From an uncultured Pseudomonadota bacterium (GTDB taxonomy: Bacteria > Vulcanimicrobiota > Vulcanimicrobiia > Eremiobacterales > Eremiobacteraceae): a stretch of DNA of 64,000 nucleotides. Numbering within the stretch: position 1 is the stretch's first letter; the number at the start of each line of letters is the position of its first letter. The notes under the pieces are model-generated. The model was given only the letters and a program-made list of their open reading frames with translations, was not told the DNA's origin and searched no databases. The position numbers were made by a program, and so were the translations under genes. Location of the stretch: NCBI GenBank assembly GCA_963736005.1, contig CAVTNB010000001.1:1376001-1440000 (forward strand), written 5' to 3'. Shown one piece after another: positions 1 to 8,938 of the stretch.

Positions 1-492
1 GGCAAGCAGCGCTATCGCGGTTTCCGGAATCAGCGGCATGAATATGCCGACCGTGTCACCCTGATGAACCCCAAGATCGCTCAACGCCCCGCAGAGCTTG
101 GAAACCTGCACAAGCAGTTGCTCGAACGTCAGCGTGCGGGTGGCGCCGTTTTCAGATTCCGAAATGATCGCGGGCGCATGGGCCCGACCCTCTTCAATGT
201 GGCGATCGATGCAGTTATACGATGCGTTGTATTGTCCACCCACAAACCAGCGCGCGAACGGCGCGCCGCGCGACAGATCCAACACCTGGCGATAAGGGGT
301 CAGCCAGCTCAACTGCAGATGCAAGACGAGCCGATCGTAAAAAGAGGCGATATCAGAGCGCGCGAGCGCCCACAGCTCGTCTAACGTAGCAACGCCAACC
401 TCGCGCATAAACTGCGTGATGTTGGCGTTTTCTTTTGTCTGGGAGGTCGGCTCCCACGTGAATGCGCCGCCGACGTCGTTGCGGGTCGCCAT
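1..492 (-). CDS. Acetate--CoA ligase / acyl-CoA synthetase, N-terminal part (runs off the window)
   Basis: Manual translation from ATG at 492 gives MATRNDVGGAFTWEP...WFVGGQYNASYNCIDRH...GDTVGIFMPLIPETAIALLA, which contains the ACS N-terminal motifs (WF.GG..N...NC.DRH; GD.V.I.MP..PE). Confidence 0.88.
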   Translation of the reverse strand, partial: MATRNDVGGAFTWEPTSQTKENANITQFMREVGVATLDELWALARSDIASFYDRLVLHLQLSWLTPYRQVLDLSRGAPFARWFVGGQYNASYNCIDRHIEEGRAHAPAIISESENGATRTLTFEQLLVQVSKLCGALSDLGVHQGDTVGIFMPLIPETAIALLA

Positions 493-505
493 GCGCCGCG
501 CTTAT

Positions 506-1963
506 CTACTGAGGCGTGGTTCCCTGCGTCTGGGGTGCGGGGCTGCTCGAGCCTGCGCTCGTCGTGTTCCCAGTGCCAGTGGTCGTCGGCGGCACCGTGC
601 TATCGTGCACCGTGGCGGCGGCAATTCGGTCTGCGATATACGACATTGCTCGCTGCAGCTGGGTGTCGGTCTCAGGTCTGCCAAAATCCGCGGGTTTCAC
701 ATCGTCGACTGCAATGTCCGGCGTGATGCCAATTGAATTGATATCGCGGCCGTTTGGCGTGAGATAACGCGCTGTGGTGATCTTAATGGCGCTGCCATCC
801 GGCAGCGGATAGATAGTCTGCACGACCCCTTTGCCAAAGGTTCGCGTTCCGATGAGCACGCCGGCGCCTGAGTCTTGAATCGCGCCCGACGTAATCTCGG
901 AAGCACTGGCTGTATATTCATTGACGAGCACCGCAAGCGGAAGTTGGGGAGCTGCGATGTTCTCCGCATCGTAGGTGGTCAAGGGTTTCGTGCGCGCATC
1001 GATGGAGACGATCGGCCCCTCCGGGATGAAGAGCGAAGACACATCGATGGCTGCGTTGAGGTACCCACCACCGTTGTTGCGCAGATCCAAGATCACGCCT
1101 TTGACGCCTTGTTTGTCGAGCTTCTCAATTGCGCTGGCGAGCTCTTGACCGGTGGTGAGACCGAAGACGAGCACTTGAACGTAGCCGATGTCGTTATCGA
1201 TAACTCGCTCGCGCACGCTGGGCGCATGGATGGTTTCGCGAGTGATCATGAAGATCAGCGGCTTGGCTTCGTCCTTGCGCTGCACGGTCAGCTGCACCGT
1301 CGTGCCTGCTTTGCCGCGAATGAGCGAACTGTCTTGTTCGATGGAGAGGCCTGCGGTCGACTTGGCGTCGACATTGAGGATGACGTCGCCCGCCTGCAAA
1401 CCGGCCTTGTCCGCCGGGCCGCCGTCGATCGTTTGCACGACGAGGAGCGACTTCGAGATTGGATCAACATCGAGCACGATTCCGACACCAGCGAAGTTCC
1501 CGCCATCTAAACCTTCATTGAGGCTGCGAAAATCCTTCGGTGACATGAAGACGGTCCATCGATCGTGGAGCGAGTCCATCATGCCGGCGATAGCGGCGTA
1601 GGCAAGATTGCGGTCGCCCAGGGTCGAGCCGAACTTTTGGTCGGCAAGGGTGAGGGTGTTGTTCAGCACGGCAATGTCTGACTCGTCGCTGCCCGAACCG
1701 TGCACGGCCGGGATTTTATTGGGATCGCCACCGTGGCTCTTGATGTAGTCGCGCAAGCCAGTGATGGCCCCGCTGAGGAGCGTCTGATCGGTAGTCGACT
1801 TGTAAAACTCAGAAATTGCTTGCTCGAAGGAGTAGTCCAGCATGGACCGCCCGACTTCATCGGACGACGCACGCGAAGGACTCGCGAACACACCGAAGGT
1901 CAGGCTGAATGCGAACGCCGCCGCGACGAGCCTTGCGGCGATTCTTGAAAGGGGTTGGGTCAT
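506..1963 (-). CDS. ctpA: S41A carboxyl-terminal processing protease with PDZ domain (paralog 2)
   Basis: Motifs LDLRNNGGG, TASASEI and TFGKG; PDZ domain; signal peptide from MTQPL (ORF extends to 2020). Confidence 0.92.
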   Translation of the reverse strand: MTQPLSRIAARLVAAAFAFSLTFGVFASPSRASSDEVGRSMLDYSFEQAISEFYKSTTDQTLLSGAITGLRDYIKSHGGDPNKIPAVHGSGSDESDIAVLNNTLTLADQKFGSTLGDRNLAYAAIAGMMDSLHDRWTVFMSPKDFRSLNEGLDGGNFAGVGIVLDVDPISKSLLVVQTIDGGPADKAGLQAGDVILNVDAKSTAGLSIEQDSSLIRGKAGTTVQLTVQRKDEAKPLIFMITRETIHAPSVRERVIDNDIGYVQVLVFGLTTGQELASAIEKLDKQGVKGVILDLRNNGGGYLNAAIDVSSLFIPEGPIVSIDARTKPLTTYDAENIAAPQLPLAVLVNEYTASASEITSGAIQDSGAGVLIGTRTFGKGVVQTIYPLPDGSAIKITTARYLTPNGRDINSIGITPDIAVDDVKPADFGRPETDTQLQRAMSYIADRIAAATVHDSTVPPTTTGTGNTTSAGSSSPAPQTQGTTPQ

Positions 1964-1994
1964 GCTGTTCCTCTCTTTATGGGGTGATTCTTCA

Positions 1995-3482
1995 TTAGAC
2001 GCTGGGATTCGTGAGGGCAATCTGGCGCTTCAGGTAGCGCAGGGCGGCTTGGAGCTGGATATCTTTGCCAGTGATGCCGACGTCTCTGTAGTCCATCGGC
2101 ACTACGATGTTAGGCTCGATGCCCTTTTTATTGATGTCGCGACCGTTCGGCGTCACGTACCTTTGGGTCGTGACTTTGATTGCGCTGCCCCCCGGCAAGT
2201 CATAGATCGTCTGCACGACCCCCTTGCCAAAGGTCTTCACGCCCACCAGAATCCCGATCTTTGAATCCTGGATCGCGCCGGCCGTGATCTCCGAAGCGCT
2301 GGCCGAGTATTGATTCACGAGAATGACCAACGGGTGGGGTGGTATAGCATCTTGGTTAGCGTCATCTGTTTCCACGTGCCCATCGCGGTCGATTCGCGAG
2401 ACAATCGGTCCATCGGCGATAAACTTCGATGAGATGTCCACCGCGGCGTCAAGCAGTCCTCCGCCATTGTCGCGCAGATCTAAGACGAAGGCTTTGGCGC
2501 CTTGCTTCAGTAGCCGATCGAGCGCGTCGGTCACTTCTTGCGCGGAGTGTTCCCCGAAATCGTAGAGTTGAATGTATCCAACGTTGCCGTCGATCATGTG
2601 CGACGTCATGGAGGGCACTTCGATCACTTCGCGCTCGATCGCGTAGTCCTGAACGTCATTCTTGCCGCGGAGAATCGTCATGTGCACCGTTGATCCTGCT
2701 TTCCCGCGGATCAGGTTCATCACGAGATCGAGATCGACGCCTTTTGTTGTTTTGCCGTCGACGGATAAGATGACGTCGCCCCGCTTCAACCCTGCGCGAG
2801 CAGCGGGGGTGCCATCAATGGGCTGAATAACGTTGACCTCATGCGTCTTTGGATCTTTGCCGATGTACACGCCAATGCCACCGAAATCGCCCCCCGCAAT
2901 GAATTCTGAGAGCGACGTCTTGTCGCGCGGGCTCAAGAACACAGTGTACGGATCGCGCAGCGAATCGAGCGCGCCTTCGATCGCAATGTAGGTCAAATCT
3001 TGGGAGCCGGCCTGCTTGCCATAGTTATGCAACGCCGTGGAGAGCAGTGTGTTGGCGTCCGCATCAACTTGCGCCCCCGATGCCGAGGCAGTAATTGCGG
3101 GTAGGCTCAAGACTCCATTGATGTGCTTCGTCTTGAGGAACTCGAGCAAACCATTTCGCTCGCCACTTAAGAGCTGCGATTCGTCGATTGGCTTGTAGTA
3201 CACGTCGCGGACCTTATCCAGCGACATGTCGAGCATGTCGAGGTCTTTTTGCTCGTCATTTCCAGCGCCCTCGCTGCCGTCAAAGGCGATGTTGCCCAGA
3301 TCCCACGCCAAAACGGCGCGGCGTTCACCCAGCCGCTCGCGCAGCGGCGCTGCGTGCTGGAGGGCGAGGGTGGCCACGATCAGTGCAGCCGCAAGGGTGA
3401 AAAGGAGGAGAGCTTTACGAACCACGGGCGGGACAGTTCCTTTCAATTTACTACTTTTTTCTTCGGCGGCTGGGGGCATCAT
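1995..3482 (-). CDS. ctpA: S41A carboxyl-terminal processing protease with PDZ domain (paralog 1)
   Basis: Motifs LDLRDNGGG, SASASEI and TFGKG; N-terminal TM anchor. Confidence 0.92.
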   Translation of the reverse strand: MMPPAAEEKSSKLKGTVPPVVRKALLLFTLAAALIVATLALQHAAPLRERLGERRAVLAWDLGNIAFDGSEGAGNDEQKDLDMLDMSLDKVRDVYYKPIDESQLLSGERNGLLEFLKTKHINGVLSLPAITASASGAQVDADANTLLSTALHNYGKQAGSQDLTYIAIEGALDSLRDPYTVFLSPRDKTSLSEFIAGGDFGGIGVYIGKDPKTHEVNVIQPIDGTPAARAGLKRGDVILSVDGKTTKGVDLDLVMNLIRGKAGSTVHMTILRGKNDVQDYAIEREVIEVPSMTSHMIDGNVGYIQLYDFGEHSAQEVTDALDRLLKQGAKAFVLDLRDNGGGLLDAAVDISSKFIADGPIVSRIDRDGHVETDDANQDAIPPHPLVILVNQYSASASEITAGAIQDSKIGILVGVKTFGKGVVQTIYDLPGGSAIKVTTQRYVTPNGRDINKKGIEPNIVVPMDYRDVGITGKDIQLQAALRYLKRQIALTNPSV

Positions 3483-3528
3483 GCCCGCAATCCGCCACCC
3501 CTATCATAACGAATCGGCAGGCCGCTTG

Positions 3529-4815
3529 TTACAAGCGAGTGAGGGGATTCACCGGTACGCCGTTCACCCGAATTTCAAAGTGTAGATGTGGCCCCGTGGC
3601 GTAGCCCGTGGCCCCGACGGCACCTATGACCTGGCCTCGCTGAATATGCTGATTGACCGATACGTACATTGCCGAACAGTGAGCGTAAAGCGTCGATAGT
3701 CCCGATCCGTGGTCTAGAATAATGGCATTGCCGTATCCGCCGTACCAACTCGCATACAGGACAACTCCGTCGGCAGCTGCTTGAATCGGCGTGCCATAAT
3801 CGGCACCGATATCGATGCCCGAATGGAGCGCATAGCGCCCGGTAATTGGATCCACCCGCATGCCGAAGGGCGAGGTAATTGGTCCGCGCACCGGCCACGC
3901 AAAGACGACCGGACCGAATTCCGTACACACAGGCGGGGCCAGACCCGCCGCCATCGCTGCCATCCGGCGTGCTTGGCAGGCTTCGTATCGTGCGCGCAGC
4001 GTGACTGCCTCGTCCTCACGCTGTTTCTCTCGTATCAGGGCCTGTAGGCGCGCCTCCTCAGCGGCGCTCAAACCCTCAAGCTCGTACACCTGTTGGGCAA
4101 TGATCGAGCGCTGAGTTGACGCGATAGCAAGCAAGGAGCGTCGCTGGTCGGCGAGCAGCCCGAGCTCCTGCTTGCGTGCAAGTTCGTCTTCTTGCTCTCG
4201 CACCAATGCGGCTTGCGTGCTCTCCAAACCAAGGACGAGCGTTTCGTAACGCGCTTGCTCGGAGTTCACCGTCGAGATGAGCTGCGAATCGGATCGCAAA
4301 ATGGCGCGGACGAAATCCCAGCGTTCGATAAAGTCCACGAATGAGGTAGCGCTCAAAAGCACGTCGAGGTACGACGAGGCGCTCCCGTATTCGTACACGT
4401 CAACGACACGATGATTGAGCGCATCGCGATGGCGGTCGAGGCTGGCTTGCGCGGCCGCAAGTTGGCGCTTGCGAATAGCCAAGCGCAGCTGCGTCTGTGC
4501 AATGGCGCTGTCAAGCGCATCCAAATCGCCGCGTACCCGACTGATGCTATATTGCACGGATTCAAGTTGTTGCGAGATCGTCTGTTCTTTGAAGCGCGCG
4601 ACGTGGAGTTTGAGGCGGCTCTCGTGCAGCTTGCGCTGCGTTGCCTCGAGCAGCTCTTTCTTTTCGCGAATCTTTTCGCTGATTGGCAGAGGTGTTGCGG
4701 CCAGCGCGACGGGCGCCAGCGCGCTAACAAATGGCTGGGCCAGAAAAAGAACGATCGCGAGAACCACAAAATGTAGTCGCGCGAATTTATTCGCGCGCGC
4801 GCCTCGGATACTCAA
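3529..4815 (-). CDS. Coiled-coil + M23 peptidase (EnvC/CwlO-like murein hydrolase or activator)
   Basis: Signal peptide, long coiled coil, and M23 motifs HSGIDI, YAHC, TGPHLHFE; lies directly downstream of ftsEX. Confidence 0.9.
   Translation of the reverse strand: MSIRGARANKFARLHFVVLAIVLFLAQPFVSALAPVALAATPLPISEKIREKKELLEATQRKLHESRLKLHVARFKEQTISQQLESVQYSISRVRGDLDALDSAIAQTQLRLAIRKRQLAAAQASLDRHRDALNHRVVDVYEYGSASSYLDVLLSATSFVDFIERWDFVRAILRSDSQLISTVNSEQARYETLVLGLESTQAALVREQEDELARKQELGLLADQRRSLLAIASTQRSIIAQQVYELEGLSAAEEARLQALIREKQREDEAVTLRARYEACQARRMAAMAAGLAPPVCTEFGPVVFAWPVRGPITSPFGMRVDPITGRYALHSGIDIGADYGTPIQAAADGVVLYASWYGGYGNAIILDHGSGLSTLYAHCSAMYVSVNQHIQRGQVIGAVGATGYATGPHLHFEIRVNGVPVNPLTRL
4771..4797 (+). 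repeat. REP unit (main family) inside the 5' end of the M23 gene
   Basis: ATGTAGTCGCGCGAATTTATTCGCGCG, read on the minus strand as RANKFARLH. Confidence 0.88.
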
Positions 4816-5699
4816 GCGGTCTTCAGATATCTTCCGATGGAGAGCATACTTGACAGCATCCCAACGAGGACACCGACCAAAACCAGTTCGAGCGCGAGGT
4901 GCGGCAACGGCACGCTTGCGGGATTGAACGGAATAAACGGCAGATTGAGGATGAATTTGGGAGCCAGCGAGCGGTAGCCCGCATCCAGGATCAGCAATCC
5001 GATGGTTGCCCCGAAGAGCCCCGAGAGGATGCCCTCGAACACGAACGGCCAGCGCACAGCCCAGCCGGTTGCGCCGACCAGTTGCATGATGCCAATCTCG
5101 CGCTGCCGCGCGAAAACCGTCAGGCGAATCGTGTTGTACATGATGAGCGCCGTCGCCAAGAGCAGCAGCGCCACGACCCCGAGCCCTGCCGCACTAAAGA
5201 GCGCCTCGGCTCGGAGCAGCTTTTGGGTCACGCCGCTCCCATAGTTGATGTTGGCCACCCCGGGTTTGTGGCTCATTTCCCCGGCAAGTGGGGGAACGTC
5301 CGCCGGCGCGTACGTGTGGACGACAATGGTGTTTGGCAGCGGATTGGTATTGAGAATCCCAAAATTGAATTGACCGCGCAGCGACTGTCGTAGATTGATA
5401 ATGGCTCGCTTCTTGCTCACGTAGCGAACGGTGTCCACGCGCGGGTCTGCTTGCAGCGACCGTAGCAGCGCATCGACGTCCGGACCCTTCGCGTCATCTC
5501 GAAGATAAATCGCGATTGCCACCTGACCGACGATGTTCTTCATCACGATGTCGAAGGACGTCCGAAGAAACAAGAAAACGCCAAGCAGGATGATGGAGAT
5601 AGCGATCGTGCCGATGGCGGTGAGCGCCATCGTGATGTTCCGCGTGAAGTTTTGGGCCACTTCAGCCCAAAAAAAACGAACCTTACCCCAGTCCAACAT
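4812..5699 (-). CDS. ftsX: Cell division permease-like protein FtsX
   Basis: MLDWGKVRFF start; NPLP motif; NTIRLTVFARQREIGIMQLVGAT...PFVFEG; follows ftsE. Confidence 0.93.
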   Translation of the reverse strand: MLDWGKVRFFWAEVAQNFTRNITMALTAIGTIAISIILLGVFLFLRTSFDIVMKNIVGQVAIAIYLRDDAKGPDVDALLRSLQADPRVDTVRYVSKKRAIINLRQSLRGQFNFGILNTNPLPNTIVVHTYAPADVPPLAGEMSHKPGVANINYGSGVTQKLLRAEALFSAAGLGVVALLLLATALIMYNTIRLTVFARQREIGIMQLVGATGWAVRWPFVFEGILSGLFGATIGLLILDAGYRSLAPKFILNLPFIPFNPASVPLPHLALELVLVGVLVGMLSSMLSIGRYLKTA

Positions 5700-6372
5700 G
5701 ATAACGTCCACGCTCTTCATCGCGCGCGATGCGGCCATTGACCAAGCGCACGACCCGGCGCCGCATGCGGTCGACGATGGCTTGATTGTGGGTGGCGACG
5801 ATCGTCGTCGTACCCTTGGCGTTGATGCGTGAGAGAAGCGCCATGATTTCGCTCGAGGTTTCGGGGTCGAGGTTTCCGGTGGGTTCGTCGCACAAAAGGA
5901 TGAGTGGATTGTTGACGAGCGAGCGCGCGATGGCTGCGCGCTGTTGCTCTCCGCCGGACAGCTCTTGGGGAAACATCTTGGCTTTGTGCGCGATGCCGAC
6001 GAGCTCCAGCATGCGAGGGACGCGCCGCAGCACTTCGCGAGAGCTCGCACCCGTCACTTGTAGAGCGTAGGCGACGTTCTCCCACACCGTCTTTTGATAG
6101 AGCAGTTTGAAATCTTGAAAGACGACGCCCACCTTGCGCCGCAAGAACGGTATGTCTGCGGGCCGCAGCGTCGTGAGATTCTGACCATCGACCTCGACCG
6201 TCCCTTCGGTGGGCCGCACGTCACGGATGATGCACGAAAGCAGGCTCGACTTGCCCTGCCCCGTGCTGCCCACCAGGAACATGAACTCGCCGCGGGCGAC
6301 CGTGAGCGAAACCTCGGTCAGCGCGTGAACGCCGTTGGGGTAGACGAGGCTGACGTCTCGAAAAACAATCAT
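5683..6372 (-). CDS. ftsE: Cell division ATP-binding protein FtsE
   Basis: Walker A GSTGQGKS, VFQDFKLL, LSGGEQQR, DEPTGNLD, ATHN. Confidence 0.95.
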   Translation of the reverse strand: MIVFRDVSLVYPNGVHALTEVSLTVARGEFMFLVGSTGQGKSSLLSCIIRDVRPTEGTVEVDGQNLTTLRPADIPFLRRKVGVVFQDFKLLYQKTVWENVAYALQVTGASSREVLRRVPRMLELVGIAHKAKMFPQELSGGEQQRAAIARSLVNNPLILLCDEPTGNLDPETSSEIMALLSRINAKGTTTIVATHNQAIVDRMRRRVVRLVNGRIARDEERGRYHVGLG

Positions 6373-6491
6373 GCCGCGCCTTGTATGCCCACAGCGTGAG
6401 AAATGGCCATCTGAAAGGATTTATTCGCCGCCTGGCGACGCGGCCCTCGCGGAGTGGGGAACCAGCGCTTGGAATGGCAAAAGGGTCGGCT

Positions 6492-7643
6492 ATGGACTTC
6501 GACCTCTCGACCGAACAGCAAGACGTCGCGAACTTATGTCGCGAATTCGCGGAAGGCGAAATCGCGCCGCACGCCCGTGAATGGGATGCAAAAGCGGAAT
6601 TCCCGCTTGCAACGCGTGCGCAAGATGGGCGAACTCGGACTTTTGGGCTTGCCCTTTCCTGAGAAATATGGCGGAGCTGGATCGCCGATACCGTTTCGTA
6701 CGCATTGGCCGTCATGGAAATCGGAAAAGCAGACGCGTCGGTGGGCATCACGATGGCAGCGCATGTGTCGCTTGGATCACAGCCCTTCTTTGCTTTTGGC
6801 ACTGAGGCGCAAAAACAAAAATTTTTGGTACCGCTGGCACGAGGTGAACGCTTGTGGGCATTTGGGCTCACTGAGGCGCAGGCCGGTTCCGATGCGGGTG
6901 CGACGCAGACGACGGCTCAAGCGCACGATGGGCGCTGGACGATCAACGGATCAAAATGTTTCATTACCAATGCAGGCACGCAGATGACCGGAGGCGTGAC
7001 GATCACCGCCGTCACGGGGCGCGGCAACGGCCGCTCGGAAATCAGCAACATCATCGTCCCCCAAGAGACTCCAGGCTACACGCAAGCACCTCCGTATAAG
7101 AAGATGGGTTGGCGCGCATCGGACACGCGCGAACTTCACTTCGACAATGCGCAGGTGCCGCAAGAAAATCTTTTAGGCGAGCGCGGACGGGGTCTCAAAC
7201 AGTTTCTTGAGATTCTCGACGGCGGCCGAATCAGCGTCGGTGCTCTTTCTGTCGGTCTCGCGCAAGCCTGCTATAGCGCTGCTGCGACGTACGCGAAGGA
7301 GCGCCATCAATTCGGCCAGCCTATTGCGCACTTCCAGGCCGTGCAGTTTCAACTCGTCGATATGGCTGTGGAAATTGAGCTCGCGCGCTCTGCCGTGCTC
7401 AAGGCTGCCTGGCTCAAAGACCAAGGACGCGATTTCGCCACCGCGGCGGCGATGGCAAAACTTTTTTCGGGCGAGGTCTCTCGGCGCTGCGCCAATGCCG
7501 CGGTGCAGATTCACGGCGGCTACGGGTTCATGGACGAGTATCCCGTGTCGCGCTACTGGCGCGACTGCAAGATCAACGAGATCGGCGAGGGCACGAACGA
7601 AGTGCAGCGCATGGTGATCGCCCGCCAACTTGGTCTTTCGTGA
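6492..7643 (+). CDS. Acyl-CoA dehydrogenase (two apparent frameshifts near 6610 and 6690)
   Basis: MDFDLSTEQQ start at 6492, KMGELGLLG..FPEKYGG in a second frame, then AFGLTE..AGSD, VQIHGGYG and EIGEGTNEVQR in ORF 6705-7643. Confidence 0.9.
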
Positions 7644-7669
7644 TGTAGTCGCGCGAATTTATTCGCGCG
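7643..7669 (+). repeat. REP unit (main family) overlapping the acyl-CoA dehydrogenase stop
   Basis: TGATGTAGTCGCGCGAATTTATTCGCGCG. Confidence 0.9.
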
Positions 7670-7673
7670 TTCG

Positions 7674-8750
7674 CTAATGCGTCGTGTCGACCGCGATTCC
7701 GAACCCGGAGAGACCCACGCTTGAATCGCCGATCTCCCGATGATTCAGAATCGACGTCACGGGACCGTTGGCAACCTCCGGCCCGGGGATCACATGGATG
7801 ATCGAGCCATCGTAGACGAAGAGCAGATCGCGGATCGAATCGTAGGCCATTCCTGATGGGCCACTCGAAAAGCCGTTGATAACCTGGCCGTGAGCGTTGG
7901 GACCGCTCGCGGTACTGGCGTTGTGGACAACGTCGATTTGTCCGACAATGTTGCCTCCCACCCTGCGGTTCTCGGCCACGAATAATTTGTCGTTCGCGGC
8001 GCTGTACGCGAGGCCTTGGGGGAAGAACAGGGCGCTCACCTCGCGGCTTGCCGGTATGGTGGGGTTCGTCGCGGAGGTGACAGCCGTTTGCGCCGCCGCA
8101 CCGAAATTGTCGAACGAAGCAACGACTTGACCGAGATCGCTGACAAACAGTCGGTCGTTCACCGAGTCATAGATCATCTCAGCTGCACGTGGCGCGACGA
8201 GGCTCGAATCGGTGATGGTCAACGTGATGTTCGCCGCAGGCACCGAACTGCTCGTCATCGAGTGCGCATTCGCGTACACCTGGATCGTTGGACCATTAAC
8301 GTTGGCAACGTACAGCAGGTCGTGGTTGACATCGTACGTGGCCGTCCCTTGACCGTTCATGTAGGGCACGAGGGAATTCGGATTCATGCCGCCCTCCGCC
8401 CCCGGGTTGTTCCAAACCCGTACCGGGGTGGAGAAATTCCCGCCGCCTTGCTGGGAGGGATAGGCGCTGGGATACCACAGCACGTTATAGAGAGGCGAGA
8501 AGACGACATCCGGGTTGCTGATGTCGCTCGTTGGCAAAACCACCGCAGCCGCAATAAAGCCGTTGGCGGTAGAGACGTGCGTGTACACGCGTACCTGCTG
8601 CACGGTTTGAACGTAAAGCGTGTCCGGACCGGTGCCAGTTGGGGTCGGTGTGGGAGATGCGGATGGGCTTGCGGTGTTATGGCAACCATAGCCACCTGAG
8701 GCGACAATGATGCACGCCAGAGTAAAGCAGATTCCCAGTTTGGGATTCAT
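7674..8750 (-). CDS. Secreted/lipoprotein beta-propeller protein
   Basis: Signal peptide with lipobox-like GYGC, S/P/T linker, repeated G.AYD...D.LFV blades; SD GAGGAG at 8764-8769. Confidence 0.7.
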   Translation of the reverse strand: MNPKLGICFTLACIIVASGGYGCHNTASPSASPTPTPTGTGPDTLYVQTVQQVRVYTHVSTANGFIAAAVVLPTSDISNPDVVFSPLYNVLWYPSAYPSQQGGGNFSTPVRVWNNPGAEGGMNPNSLVPYMNGQGTATYDVNHDLLYVANVNGPTIQVYANAHSMTSSSVPAANITLTITDSSLVAPRAAEMIYDSVNDRLFVSDLGQVVASFDNFGAAAQTAVTSATNPTIPASREVSALFFPQGLAYSAANDKLFVAENRRVGGNIVGQIDVVHNASTASGPNAHGQVINGFSSGPSGMAYDSIRDLLFVYDGSIIHVIPGPEVANGPVTSILNHREIGDSSVGLSGFGIAVDTTH

Positions 8751-8811
8751 CAGGGTTTGGGTTCTCCTCGATTAGGGGGAGGGCGCGCTTGCGGAAGCGG
8801 CAGCCGCTACT

Positions 8812-8817
8812 ATTATA
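8812..8817 (-). promoter_or_regulatory. Probable sigma70 -10 box (TATAAT) for the propeller lipoprotein gene
   Basis: Perfect TATAAT on the minus strand in GC-rich DNA, about 60 nt upstream of the start. Confidence 0.45.
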
Positions 8818-8878
8818 AGAGAGAACTAGGCCCGCCTCTTCGCTGGTTTAACCGTGCGCCCTCCCCTCATTGCCAACG

Positions 8879-8914
8879 AAAAAGTCGAAGGCTGCCGGTT
8901 TCCCAGCAGCCTTC
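8879..8914 (-). terminator. Intrinsic terminator after the TonB-dependent receptor
   Basis: Hairpin GAAGGCTGC/GCAGCCTTC followed by GACTTTTT on the minus strand. Confidence 0.65.
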
Positions 8915-8938
8915 TCCCTTCGAGTGTTCAGTTCGAGC

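Noticed and set aside
8775..8867. tRNA-like cloverleaf
   Set aside because: No T-arm GTTCRA or D-arm consensus and no CCA end.
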